Shown piece after piece: positions 8,349 to 20,761 of a stretch of DNA of 64,000 nucleotides. Position 1 is the stretch's first letter. Each line of letters begins with the position of its first letter. Under the pieces are notes generated by a model. It saw nothing but the letters and a program-made list of their open reading frames with translations. It made no database searches and was not told where the DNA came from. The stretch lies in assembly GCA_020633295.1 (NCBI GenBank), contig JACKDW010000001.1:1341828-1405827 (forward strand), given 5' to 3'. The translations under genes and the position numbers were made by a program. The stretch is from Myxococcales bacterium. Its GTDB lineage: Bacteria > Myxococcota_A > Polyangia > Nannocystales > Nannocystaceae.

Positions 8349-8432
8349 GCGACCTCCTCCGCGACCTCCTCCGCGACCTCCTCCGCGACCTCCTCCGCGA
8401 CCTCCTCCGCGACCTCCTCCGCGACCTCCTTC
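8349..8432. repeat. Tandem repeat, 12-bp unit GCGACCTCCTCC x7
   Basis: Six exact copies plus one degenerate last copy, read directly. Fills most of the 117-bp imuB-dnaE2 spacer. Confidence 0.95.
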
Positions 8433-8463
8433 TTCTCGCCCTCCACCCCCTCACCGGATCGCC

Positions 8464-11739
<3,276 letters not shown>

Positions 11740-11810
11740 GCCCACGGTCACGCGCCCGCGCGACGTCGCGCGGCTTGACGCGCTCCCAGCGGGGCGCGAC
11801 AGTCCTCGCG

Positions 11811-13811
11811 ATGCGAACGTCCTGGGCGCCCCGCTCCCGCTCCCCGCTCCCTCGACCGCGCCGCGCGCCCGCGCTCGCGCTCGCGCTCACGCTCGCGGCC
11901 CCGCTGCCGGGCTGCAAGAAGTCCACGCCGCCCCCCGAGACCCCGCTCTACATCGAGGAGGCGCCGGATCCCGACGACCGCGTCAACGCCGCGCTCGCGT
12001 TCCGCGGCGTGCGCGTGTTCGACGGAGAACAAGTCCTCGAGGACATGACCGTGCTCGTCGGCGAGACCGGCCTCATCCTCGACATCGCGACCAGCAAGCA
12101 GATCGGCGTGCCCGACGGCGTCGAGCTGATCGAGGGCGTCGGCTACACGCTGCTGCCCGGGCTGATCGACGCGCACACCCACACGATGGGCCGCGAGTCG
12201 CTGCGCCAGGCGGCCGTGTTCGGCGTCACGACCGAGCTCGACATGTTCGCCGACCCGAACTGGGTCGCCGGCGCGCGCGAGCGCGAGCAGGCCGGCAAGA
12301 GCCCCGACCTCGCCGACCTGCGCTCGGCCGGCGTGCTCGCGACCGCGCCCGGCGGCCACGGGACCGAGTACGGCGTCGACATCCCGACCATCTCGTCGCC
12401 GGGCGAGGCCGAGGCCTTCGTCGCCGCGCGCGTCGCCGAGGGCGCCGACTACATCAAGATCGTCTACGACGACGGCGCGGCGCTGGGACTCGAGTTCCCG
12501 ACGATCGACGCAGACACGCTCAAGGCGCTGATCGACGCCGCGCACGCCCAGCGCCGCCTCGCGATCGTCCACATCGGCTCGCAGGAGGGCGCGATCGCGG
12601 CGCTCGAGGCCGGCGCCGACGGCCTCGCGCACATCTTCTTCGACACCCCGCCGTCCCCGGAGCTCCTCGCCGCCGCGACCCGGCGCGAGGGCGGCCCCGC
12701 GTTCGTCACCGACACGCTCGCGGTCTGTCACGCGCTGCGCGGCCCGGAGCTCGGCGCGGCTCTGGCCGCCGACGCGCGCCTGCGGCCGCTGCTCGCCCCC
12801 GTCGAGCTGCGCACGCTCAGCGCCGCGGCGCAGGTCACCGACGCGACCCGATCACGGCTTCACTGCGAGCACGCCGCCGCGGCCGTCAAGGCGCTGCACG
12901 AGGCCGGCGCCCCGGTGCTCGCGAGCACCGACGTGCCCAACGGCGGCATGCTCCACGGGCTCTCGCTCCACGGCGAGCTCGAGCTGCTCGTACAGGCAGG
13001 TCTGAGCCCGACCGACGCGCTCGCGGCCGCGACCTCGCGCCCCGCCAAGGCGTTCGGCCTCGCGGACCGCGGCCGGATCGCGCCGGGGCTGCGCGCCGAC
13101 CTGCTGCTCGTCGAGGGCGACCCGACCCGCGACATCACGGCGACGCGCGACATCGTCGCGGTCTACAAGCAGGGCCGCGCGATCGACCGCGCCGCCTACC
13201 AGGTCAAGATCATGCAGCTGCACGCGGCCGCCAAGCGCCAGCGAAACGCCCCGCCGCCCCCCGGCGCCGGCCCTGGCCTCATCAGCGACTTCGACGACGG
13301 CGCGCTCACGACCGCCTTCGGCGCTGGATGGCAGCCGTCGACCGACGCGCTGCGCGGCGGCGCCTCGACGGTCGAGCTCACGGTCTCGCGCAAGGGCGCC
13401 CGCAGCAAGCACGCGCTCGACATCACCGGCACGATCGACGCGGGCCTCGGCGCGCTCGCCTGGGCCGGCGCGATGTTCTCGCCCGGGCCCAAGCCGATGC
13501 AGCCCGCCAACCTCTCGGGGCGCACCCACGTCAGCTTCTGGGCGCGCGGCGACGCCGGGGCGATCGTCGTCATGGCCTTCGCCACCCAGCTCGGCCCCGT
13601 GCCAGCCCGCGTCGAGGTCCCGCTCGAGGGCGGCGGCTCGCAGTGGAAGCGCTACACCGTCTCCTTCGAACAGCTCGGGATCGAGCCCTACGATCTGCTC
13701 GGGCTGTACTTCGGCGCGCCCGCCAAGCCCGGGCCGTTCACCCTGCGCATCGACGACGTCCGCCTCGAGCCCGCGGTCGAGGAGACCGCGCCCGCCAGCG
13801 CGCCGGAGTAA
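11811..13811 (+). CDS. Secreted/lipoprotein amidohydrolase with an extra C-terminal beta-rich domain
   Basis: ATG at 11811 within track ORF 10125..13811. Signal/lipobox ...[10 protein letters not shown]. Metal-binding motif [11 protein letters not shown] and the amidohydrolase C-terminal block [17 protein letters not shown]. Confidence 0.85.
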   Translation: MRTSWAPRSRSPLPRPRRAPALALALTLAAPLPGCKKSTPPPETPLYIEEAPDPDDRVNAALAFRGVRVFDGEQVLEDMTVLVGETGLILDIATSKQIGVPDGVELIEGVGYTLLPGLIDAHTHTMGRESLRQAAVFGVTTELDMFADPNWVAGAREREQAGKSPDLADLRSAGVLATAPGGHGTEYGVDIPTISSPGEAEAFVAARVAEGADYIKIVYDDGAALGLEFPTIDADTLKALIDAAHAQRRLAIVHIGSQEGAIAALEAGADGLAHIFFDTPPSPELLAAATRREGGPAFVTDTLAVCHALRGPELGAALAADARLRPLLAPVELRTLSAAAQVTDATRSRLHCEHAAAAVKALHEAGAPVLASTDVPNGGMLHGLSLHGELELLVQAGLSPTDALAAATSRPAKAFGLADRGRIAPGLRADLLLVEGDPTRDITATRDIVAVYKQGRAIDRAAYQVKIMQLHAAAKRQRNAPPPPGAGPGLISDFDDGALTTAFGAGWQPSTDALRGGASTVELTVSRKGARSKHALDITGTIDAGLGALAWAGAMFSPGPKPMQPANLSGRTHVSFWARGDAGAIVVMAFATQLGPVPARVEVPLEGGGSQWKRYTVSFEQLGIEPYDLLGLYFGAPAKPGPFTLRIDDVRLEPAVEETAPASAPE

Positions 13812-14023
13812 CGCGAGGCGACGGGCGAGCCCCGCACACGAAGTCCACAGCGCTCGAACGAGCCCGGAGCGCGCCCCGGATCGAGCAGCTCCCGACGTCG
13901 ACGAGAACGCTCGCGCGCCCCCAGGCGCGCGGAGGGGGGCCCGGTAAAGCTTTCGCGCCGCGCGGGCGCGTCGCGCGACCGCGCAGGTTGACGCGGGCGC
14001 CGCCGTGGGCCTTGATCGTCGCC

Positions 14024-15181
14024 ATGCTCCCCCGCGCCCGAACGCTCCGCACGCTCTCCGCTCACCTCGCCCTGTTCACCGCCACCTGCGCCGGGACGAT
14101 CGCGTGCGACGCGATGCTCGGCGGCTCCGGGAACGTCAACACCAACGTCCAGGGTGTCAGCAAGGACAGCCTCGTCGGCGCGGTCAAGGGCGCCGCCTGC
14201 CCCGAGCTCGTCAGCGGCGCGAACGCGCTGCAGGGCAAGTTCACCGCCGACGCCAAGGCGAACGCGACGATCGGCGCGTTCATCCAGGCCTCCAAGGACT
14301 TCGAGGCCGCCGCGAACCAAGCCAACATCGAGCTGTCCAACACGTGCAAGAAGATGGGCGCCGACCTCGGCGTCCCGGCCGATCAGATGAAGCCCGCTGA
14401 CGGCCCCGGGGGCGCGAGCAAGGGCGCGTGCGCGGCGGTCTCCGCCAAGATCCAGTCGATCCTCTCGGGCGGCGTGCAGATCAAGGTCGACGCCCAGCCC
14501 CCGCGCTGCCAGGTCAACGCCAACGCGCAGGCCCAGTGCGAGGGTCACTGCGGCGCCAAGCTGACGCCCGCCGAGATCGTCGCCAAGTGTGAGCCCGGCA
14601 AGATCTCCGGGACATGTCAGGGCACCTGCTCTGGCCGCTGCGAGGGCACCTGCAACGGCAAGTGCGAGGGCCAGTGCACCGCCAAGGACGCCCAGGGCAA
14701 CTGCACGGGCGAGTGCAGCGGCACCTGCACCGGGCAGTGCAGCGCGACCTGCCACGCCAAGTGCGAGGGCGAGTGGCAGGCGCCGCGCTGCGAGGGCGAG
14801 TTCAAGGGCCCCAAGGCCGAGGTCGACTGCCGCGCGAGCTGCAAGGCGAGCGCCGAGTTCAAGGCGCAGTGCACCAAGCCCAGCCTGAACATTCAGACAT
14901 CTGGGAACGCCGCGGCGCTCGCCAAGCTCTCCGCGACGCTCAAGGCCAACCTCCCCGCGCTGCTCGCCGTGCAGTTCAAGCTCGCGAAGCAGATGGCCGG
15001 CGACGTAAAGACGCTCGCGCGGCTCTCGGGCGAGCTCAAGGGCGAGCTCAAGGGCGCGGGCGGCAAGGCGATCGCGTGCGTCACCGGGGCCGCGACCGCG
15101 ATCGTGAGCGCGTCCGCCAGCGTCAAGGTCTCGGTCGAGGCCAGCGCGAGCGTCAGCGGCAAGGTCGGCGCCAAGGTCTAG
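14024..15181 (+). CDS. Secreted Cys-rich repeat protein (C-x3-C period-4 array), probable lipoprotein
   Basis: ATG at 14024 within track ORF 13328..15181. Signal-like N-terminus ending FTATCAG. Core GTCQGTCSGRCEGTCNGKCEGQCTAKDAQGNCTGECSGTCTGQCSATCHAKCEG. Confidence 0.75.
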   Translation: MLPRARTLRTLSAHLALFTATCAGTIACDAMLGGSGNVNTNVQGVSKDSLVGAVKGAACPELVSGANALQGKFTADAKANATIGAFIQASKDFEAAANQANIELSNTCKKMGADLGVPADQMKPADGPGGASKGACAAVSAKIQSILSGGVQIKVDAQPPRCQVNANAQAQCEGHCGAKLTPAEIVAKCEPGKISGTCQGTCSGRCEGTCNGKCEGQCTAKDAQGNCTGECSGTCTGQCSATCHAKCEGEWQAPRCEGEFKGPKAEVDCRASCKASAEFKAQCTKPSLNIQTSGNAAALAKLSATLKANLPALLAVQFKLAKQMAGDVKTLARLSGELKGELKGAGGKAIACVTGAATAIVSASASVKVSVEASASVSGKVGAKV

Positions 15182-15319
15182 GGCCGTCGCCCGCCCGCGG
15201 GAGCGCGCGCGAGGCCAGCGCGAGCGTCCGCGGCACGGTCGGCGGTATACAACACAGAACATCGCGCGCCCGCGCAGGTGGGCGCGCGAGGTCGTCTACA
15301 CGCGCGAGCGCGACGCAGG

Positions 15320-16765
15320 TCAGCTCGCCGGGTCGTCGCCCGCGGACCGCTCAGCGCCCGCGGACCGCTCGGCGCCCGCGAGCTCCTCCGCCTCGTCCAT
15401 GATCGCGCCGAACACCGCCTCCGCGTCGTAGCCGCAGGTCGCGGTGTCGTAGCTCGTGTTCTTGACCACGAGCTTCTTGTAGCGCTCGTAGGTCTTCGGC
15501 TTCTGCAGCAGCTCGATGAACTCCAGGTACTTCTTGTGGTTGGCGAAGAAGTCGCCCGCGAGCAGGTAGTGCCCGGCCGCGAGCGCGTCCTTGTGCTCCT
15601 CGTGCAGCAGGTTCGCCGCGCCGCCCGCCTGCGCGAAGTTGATGGAGACGGGGTTGTAGAACAGGTGGATCGCGCGGTCGACGAGCTTGTACGCGCCGTT
15701 AATCTCGGCGTACGCGGCGTCGATCGCCGCGCGCCCGGCCTCCGCGCCCTCGCGGAGCTGCACGCCGACCGCCCCGGCGACGAGCTGCGCGCTCTTGATC
15801 GAGAGGTACACGCCGCTGGCGAGGATCGGATCGATGAACGCCGCCGCGTCGCCGACGATCGCGTAGCGGTCGCCGTACTTGCTCTCGGAGTAGTACGAGT
15901 AGTTGCCGTTGAACGCGAGCGGCATCGCGACGCGCGCGTCCTTGATGACCCTGGCGACGAAGGGCGACGACAGGAGCTCCTGCCGGTACAGCGCCTCCTG
16001 CCAGTCCTCGACGCCCTGCTCCTGGAGCTTCGCCTTCTGCTCGCGGATGTAGCCGTGGTTGAGCACGCAGCCGATGCTGATGCGCCCGCGCGCGACCGGG
16101 ATCACCCAGATCCAGCCCTTCTTCTCGCCGCCGAGGTAGACGATCTGCAGGAGCCCCTCGTCGATGCCGCCGGCCATGTCCGCGCCGAGCCAGTGGGTCG
16201 AGAGCGCCGCGCGATCGAGGTCGCGGTGCGGCCGCTTCGTCCGCAGGCGCCCGGCGAGGAAGGTGTCGCGCCCGGTCGCGTCGACGAAGAAGCGCGCCTC
16301 GTGCTCGCGCGCGACGCCCTCGTCGTCGACCGAGCGCACGAGCACGCCGCCGCCCTCGCGCTCGAGCTCGACCTCCGTGACCTTGGTCCGCTGGCGCACC
16401 GCGACGCCGAGCCGGCTCGAGTTCTCGAGCAGCACGTTGTCGAACTCGGCGCGGCGGACGTGGAACGAGAGCGCCTCCGGGCCCTTGATCACATGACCAA
16501 AGCACCATGTCGTTTGAGACCGGCCGTCGACGTCGACGAAGCGGACGCCGGGCTTGCGCACGAAGCGGCGCTCGAGCCGCTCCATCACGCCGAGCTCGCG
16601 CAGGATCGGGTAGCAGAACGGCAGCAGCGACTCGCCGACGTGCTCGCGGGGGAACTGCGCCTTCTCCAGCAGGGTCACCTTGTGGCCCGCCTTCGCGAGG
16701 TAGGAGGCGGTGGTAGACCCGGCGGGGCCGCCCCCGGCGATGACGACGTCGACTTGCTCTCTCAT
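15320..16765 (-). CDS. FAD-dependent oxidoreductase, flavin-dependent halogenase / geranylgeranyl-reductase-like family
   Basis: 481-aa ORF. N-terminal dinucleotide fold VDVVIAGGGPAGSTTASYLAKAGHKVTLLEK. Later GDAAAFIDPILASG motif. The C-terminus carries an 18-bp duplication (GAERSA x2). Confidence 0.85.
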   Translation of the reverse strand: MREQVDVVIAGGGPAGSTTASYLAKAGHKVTLLEKAQFPREHVGESLLPFCYPILRELGVMERLERRFVRKPGVRFVDVDGRSQTTWCFGHVIKGPEALSFHVRRAEFDNVLLENSSRLGVAVRQRTKVTEVELEREGGGVLVRSVDDEGVAREHEARFFVDATGRDTFLAGRLRTKRPHRDLDRAALSTHWLGADMAGGIDEGLLQIVYLGGEKKGWIWVIPVARGRISIGCVLNHGYIREQKAKLQEQGVEDWQEALYRQELLSSPFVARVIKDARVAMPLAFNGNYSYYSESKYGDRYAIVGDAAAFIDPILASGVYLSIKSAQLVAGAVGVQLREGAEAGRAAIDAAYAEINGAYKLVDRAIHLFYNPVSINFAQAGGAANLLHEEHKDALAAGHYLLAGDFFANHKKYLEFIELLQKPKTYERYKKLVVKNTSYDTATCGYDAEAVFGAIMDEAEELAGAERSAGAERSAGDDPAS

Positions 16766-16931
16766 ATCCGCTCCTCGCGGCGCGCGACGCTACCCGTGCG
16801 CGAGACCAGTCTAGAGTGTCCTAATATTTATGTACATTTGTTAATGTCGCGACAGCGCGCGCGCGCGCGGGCCGTCGCGGCGCGCGAGGCGATCGAGCCC
16901 GCGCGTCGCGGCCGCCTCGCGCCGCGGTCGC

Positions 16932-17145
16932 TCACGCGCGCCAGTTCACGGGCGCGCCGTCGCGCCGCCAGCGTTCGCCCTCGAGGCCGCACGCGCGGCA
17001 GCGCAGGCGCTCGAGGCCAGGCAGCGGCGAGCACGCCCGCGCCGTCACCGTCACGCCCTCGATCCAGACGTCACGCGCGCGCGCAGCGCGGGCAGCTCAG
17101 CGCGCCGTCGCGGCGCGCGTCGGCGGGCGGCTCGCCCGCGCTCAC
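16932..17145 (-). CDS. Possible small CxxC...CxxC zinc-ribbon protein, interrupted by one frame shift
   Basis: GTG at 17145 gives MSAGEPPADARRDGALSCPRCARA, then an in-frame TGA at 17071..17073. The next frame continues DVWIEGVTVTARACSPLPGLERLRCRACGLEGERWRRDGAPVNWRA. Weak composition-based call only. Confidence 0.3.
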
Positions 17146-17178
17146 TCGCCCGCCCCTCGCTGCGGAACGGGTCGTCGC

Positions 17179-17329
17179 TCACCCGCGCGAGCGGCCCTGA
17201 CGGCGCGCCGCCTCGGTCAGCACGTAGACGATCTGCGCGTTGACGCTGCGCAGCTCGTCGGCGGCCCAGCGCTCCAGCGCCGCGTGCAGCCGCGGGTCGA
17301 GCCGAAGGAAAACGTTTCTTTTGGGTCAT
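17179..17329 (-). CDS. Ribbon-helix-helix (Arc/CopG-like) DNA-binding protein with an apparent 1-nt frameshift near codon 7
   Basis: ATG at 17329 (MTQKKRF...). The convincing sequence [43 protein letters not shown] lies in the adjacent frame, which has a TGA overlapping the ATG. The shift falls at the run CGTTTTCC. Located downstream of the SPFH gene. Confidence 0.6.
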
Positions 17330-17427
17330 GTTGAAGACCTCGCGTGCGCGCCGACGCGCGCGGCGGCGGGCGGACGCGCCGCGCGACCGCGAGCGCGCCC
17401 GCGGCGGCGGCGAGCCGGCGCCGCACG

Positions 17428-18312
17428 TCAGTAGACCGTGCCCGTGTTGATCACCGGCTGCGCCTCGTGGTCCGCGACGAGCGCGACGAGCAGGTTGTTG
17501 ACCATCATCGCCTTGCGGTCGTTGTCGAGCTCGACGACGCCGTACTCGCTGAGCTGCTCGATGCCCATCTTGACCATCCCGACGGCGCCCTCGACGATCT
17601 CGCGGCGCGCGGCGACGATCGCCTGGGCCTGCTGACGCCGCAGCATCGCCTGGGCGATCTCGGTCGCGTACGCGAGGTGGGAGAGCCGCGCCTCGATCAC
17701 CTCGACGCCCGCGACCTCGAGGCGCTCCTGGATCTCGTCGCGCAGCGCCTTGCTGACGACGTCCGTGTCGCCGCGCAGCGACACCTCGTCGTCGTGGGGA
17801 TCGTAGGGGTACTGCGTCGCCACGTGGCGGATCGCGGTCTCCGTCTGGATCGCGACGAAGCCGGTGTACTTGTCGACGTCGAACAGCGCGCGCGCCGAGT
17901 CGGTCACGCGCCACACGACGACCGTCGCGATCTCGATCGGGTTGCCGCGCGCGTCGTTGACCTTGAGCGTGTCGCTGTTGAAGTTGCGCACGCGCAGGCT
18001 GACGGTCTGCCGCGCGGCGAAGGGGTTGGCCCAGAAGAAGCCGGCGGTTCGCACGGAGCCGATGTAGCGACCGAAGAACACCAGGACCTTGGCCTCGTTC
18101 GGCTGGACGATGAAGAACCCGCCGGTGAGGAACAGGCTCCCGATGAGCACGGCCACGGGCGTGATGATGGCGAAGGGGTCCGGATGGTTGACATCCATCG
18201 CCATCGCGTTGGTCACGAGGAGGTAGATGCCTCCCCCCAGGAGCGCCAAAAACCCCAACAGGGCGAGAAACCCGTTGATCGACAGCGCCTTGGATTCACG
18301 GATCGACTGCAT
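17428..18312 (-). CDS. SPFH/band-7 (stomatin/prohibitin-like) membrane protein
   Basis: 294-aa ORF. Two N-terminal hydrophobic helices are followed by an SPFH-like core ([18 protein letters not shown]...[21 protein letters not shown]...[17 protein letters not shown]). Confidence 0.85.
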   Translation of the reverse strand: MQSIRESKALSINGFLALLGFLALLGGGIYLLVTNAMAMDVNHPDPFAIITPVAVLIGSLFLTGGFFIVQPNEAKVLVFFGRYIGSVRTAGFFWANPFAARQTVSLRVRNFNSDTLKVNDARGNPIEIATVVVWRVTDSARALFDVDKYTGFVAIQTETAIRHVATQYPYDPHDDEVSLRGDTDVVSKALRDEIQERLEVAGVEVIEARLSHLAYATEIAQAMLRRQQAQAIVAARREIVEGAVGMVKMGIEQLSEYGVVELDNDRKAMMVNNLLVALVADHEAQPVINTGTVY

Positions 18313-18343
18313 GAAGGCAGGATGACCTCAAAGTGATATCATT

Positions 18344-18372
18344 TTGACATTGAAACTCCGGCAATTTATGCG
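18344..18372 (+). promoter_or_regulatory. Sigma70-like promoter: -35 TTGACA (18344..18349), 17-nt spacer, -10 TATGCG (18367..18372)
   Basis: Perfect -35 hexamer with canonical spacing in the AT-rich divergent region between the SPFH gene and the small ORF at 18442. The -10 matches only 3/6. Confidence 0.4.
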
Positions 18373-18441
18373 GATCACGCGCGAATCCGAGCCAGGGCGT
18401 CGATCGCCAGGTCGCCGCGGCGCGGCTACGATGGACGCCCG

Positions 18442-18732
18442 GTGCCACCCAACGCGCCACCCAACGCGCCACCCAACGCGCCACCCAACGGTCCTCCCAA
18501 CGCTCCCGAGCGCCCCGACGACGGCGCCGCCGTGCTGCTGTGGCTGCCGCTGGGCATGTTCTTGGTGTTCGGGCTCGCGTTCGCGGGCTGGCTGCTCACG
18601 CGTCCCGCCGCCCCCGAGCAGCTCGAGGGGCTCGAGCCGCTCCCGCCGCTGTCGACGACGCCGCGCGCTCCGGCCACGAGACGCGCGCCCGCGCAGCCTG
18701 TCCCGAAGTCGGCGCCGGCCCGCGAGCCGTGA
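18442..18732 (+). CDS. Small single-pass membrane protein with an N-terminal PPNA repeat
   Basis: Track ORF 18442..18732 (GTG start). Clear TM helix AAVLLWLPLGMFLVFGLAFAGWLL. The N-terminus is encoded by a 12-bp tandem repeat (18444..18503, about 5 copies). The nearby ATG at 18431 is in another frame. Confidence 0.5.
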   Translation: MPPNAPPNAPPNAPPNGPPNAPERPDDGAAVLLWLPLGMFLVFGLAFAGWLLTRPAAPEQLEGLEPLPPLSTTPRAPATRRAPAQPVPKSAPAREP

Positions 18733-18741
18733 GCGCCCACG

Positions 18742-19227
18742 TCAGCCCGCGAGGCGCTTGTGCATCTCCACGCACTCGAGCACGTCGCCGCTGCGCAGCG
18801 CGTGGGAGCACCGGCGCCGCTCGACGTAGCCGCGCGCGGCGTAGAACGGCGCCGCGTTGAGCGACGCGGACAGCCGCAGCGCACGGACGCCGCGCGCGAG
18901 CGCGTCGCGCTCGACCGCCGCGAGCAGCTGACGACCGACGCCGCGCCGCGCCCACGCGGGCGCGACGTACACCGCCCGCACCTCGTCGCCCTGCCACGCC
19001 GAGAAGCCGACGATCTCGCGACCGCGCGCGGCCGCGAACATCACCTCGCCGCCGGCGAGCGCCTGCCGGTAGCGATCGGGCGTCTTGCCCTGGGTCCACG
19101 CGTCGATCTGCGCGGGCGTGTAGCTCACCGACGCGAGCCCGCGGATCGACGCGACGTGCACCGCCGCGATCCCGGGCGCGTCGTCGGCGGACGCGCGCCG
19201 GATCACGATGTCATCCGGATCGCTCAC
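18742..19227 (-). CDS. GNAT family N-acetyltransferase
   Basis: 161-aa ORF with the acetyl-CoA-binding motif RRGVGRQLL and GNAT-like topology. Confidence 0.85.
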   Translation of the reverse strand: MSDPDDIVIRRASADDAPGIAAVHVASIRGLASVSYTPAQIDAWTQGKTPDRYRQALAGGEVMFAAARGREIVGFSAWQGDEVRAVYVAPAWARRGVGRQLLAAVERDALARGVRALRLSASLNAAPFYAARGYVERRRCSHALRSGDVLECVEMHKRLAG

Positions 19228-20366
19228 AGCGGCAGCTCCTCGCCGGTCCGCGCGACCGCGAAGCCGCGCGACTCGAGCTCGCGTCGCGCGGGGCTCGCGG
19301 GATCGAGCGCCGGGTTCGAGTGGTTGAGGTGAACGAAGCGCACGCGCAGCCGCCCCGACGCCACGCGCGACGCGAGCAGCTCCATCGTCTCCGTCATCAG
19401 CGGGTGCCCGATCTTCGCGAGGTCGCGACCGGGCAGCTCATCCCCCGAGTAGAACGAGCCGTCGACGAGCGCGACATCGACCGCGTCGAACAGCGCGCGC
19501 GGGTCGTTGTCCGCGGGCCAGCGCGCCCACGGATCGCAGTCGGGGAGATACAGGACGCGCGCGCGCGGACCCTCGATCCGGTACGCGAGCGTGTCCGCGT
19601 ACTCATCTCGGTGGGGCACGGAGAGCGCCGTCACGTACACGTCATCGCCCAGCGCCACGCGCTCGCCCGCGGCGATCGGCGCGAGCGCGAGGTTCTCGAG
19701 CGCGACGAGCTGGGCCCACGGCGCGTGCTTCGTCAGGAACGCGCCCATCGCCGGGCTCGCGTGCACCGTCAAGCGCGACGTGTGGATCGCTTCGAAGCCG
19801 AAGAACGCGAGCCCCAGGTAGTGCCCGATGTGCGCGTGCGTCAGCAGCACGCCGTCGACCGGGTGACGATCGACGCCCCCGCGCGCGGCCCCCTGCCCGC
19901 GCGCGCCGACGTCCGCGAGCATGTCGAGCTGCGCGCGCAGATCCGGGGTCGCGTCGACGAGCAGCGTGCGCGACGGCAGCACGAGCCCGAGGCTCGCCAC
20001 GTACTCGCGCCGCGACGGCAGCTCGCGGGCCGCCTGGCACCGAGGACAGGTACAAGCCGCGTGCGGGATGCCGCCGTCCTGCGCGATCCCGAGGACGCGG
20101 ACGCGCGCGCCCGTGACCGCGGCCGAGGCCGAGGCCGATTCCGCGGCCGGCGAGGCCGAGGACGCCGACCGCGGCGCGACGTCCTGAGGCGGCCGCCCCC
20201 CGCGAGCGTCGGCGGACGCGACGTCCACCGCTGGCGACGCGCAGGCGAAGAGCGCGAGCGCGGCGAGCGAGACCAGCGCGCGCCGTTTTGCGCTGCGGGC
20301 GTGCTCGCGGGCGCCGCGGATCGCCGGTCCGCCCGGCGACACGTGAGCTCGCGCGCGCCGAGTCAC
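19224..20366 (-). CDS. Metallo-beta-lactamase-fold protein, PqqB-like
   Basis: 380-aa ORF. Motifs GIAQDGGIPHAACTCPRC, LLTHAHIGHYLG and SVPHRDEY resemble the PqqB/MBL family. Signal-like N-terminus. Confidence 0.8.
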   Translation of the reverse strand: MTRRARAHVSPGGPAIRGAREHARSAKRRALVSLAALALFACASPAVDVASADARGGRPPQDVAPRSASSASPAAESASASAAVTGARVRVLGIAQDGGIPHAACTCPRCQAARELPSRREYVASLGLVLPSRTLLVDATPDLRAQLDMLADVGARGQGAARGGVDRHPVDGVLLTHAHIGHYLGLAFFGFEAIHTSRLTVHASPAMGAFLTKHAPWAQLVALENLALAPIAAGERVALGDDVYVTALSVPHRDEYADTLAYRIEGPRARVLYLPDCDPWARWPADNDPRALFDAVDVALVDGSFYSGDELPGRDLAKIGHPLMTETMELLASRVASGRLRVRFVHLNHSNPALDPASPARRELESRGFAVARTGEELPL

Positions 20367-20761
20367 GGTCCGTCACCGGACGGACGGGTGATCTTCCCGT
20401 CCTCGCGCCCGTCCGCGCGATCGAGCTCTCGCATGATCACCGTCAAGGTCTGGCGATCGATCGCCCCCTGATTCTCCATGTACATCAATAGCCCCTCGAG
20501 CAGCAGCTCGAGGCGATCGACGCGGCGATTGGCGGCCTCCAGCGCCTGCGCGACCCGCTGCAGCGTCTCGCCGTCGAGCTCGGTGTTGAGCTGCAGCGTG
20601 CGAATGTCACGGCGTTGCTTCCAGTCGTCGTCGAGGATGTAGTCCCAAAGCGCCACGTCGCCATCGTACCCGACCCAAACAGCCACGTGCGCCGCGCACA
20701 ACCGCACCGGCGCGGCGCTTGCCGTCGCCGCCGCGATCAGCGACGATCGCGGCGGCCCCAT
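20363..20761 (-). CDS. Hypothetical protein (coiled-coil-like C-terminal half)
   Basis: Track ORF 20363..20791. Sequence is not low-complexity (WDYILDDDWKQRRDIRTLQLNTELDGETLQRVAQALEAANRRVDRLE). The start is uncertain: the ATG at 20761 overlaps the opposite-strand start at 20760. Confidence 0.5.
   Translation of the reverse strand: MGPPRSSLIAAATASAAPVRLCAAHVAVWVGYDGDVALWDYILDDDWKQRRDIRTLQLNTELDGETLQRVAQALEAANRRVDRLELLLEGLLMYMENQGAIDRQTLTVIMRELDRADGREDGKITRPSGDGP

Noticed and set aside
8349-8432. Possible CRISPR array (regular 12-bp repeats); the same question applies to 39270..39359 and 45135..45237
   Set aside because: The repeats are directly head-to-tail with no unique spacers, and the units are far shorter than CRISPR repeats. 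No cas genes are present. They are micro/minisatellites.
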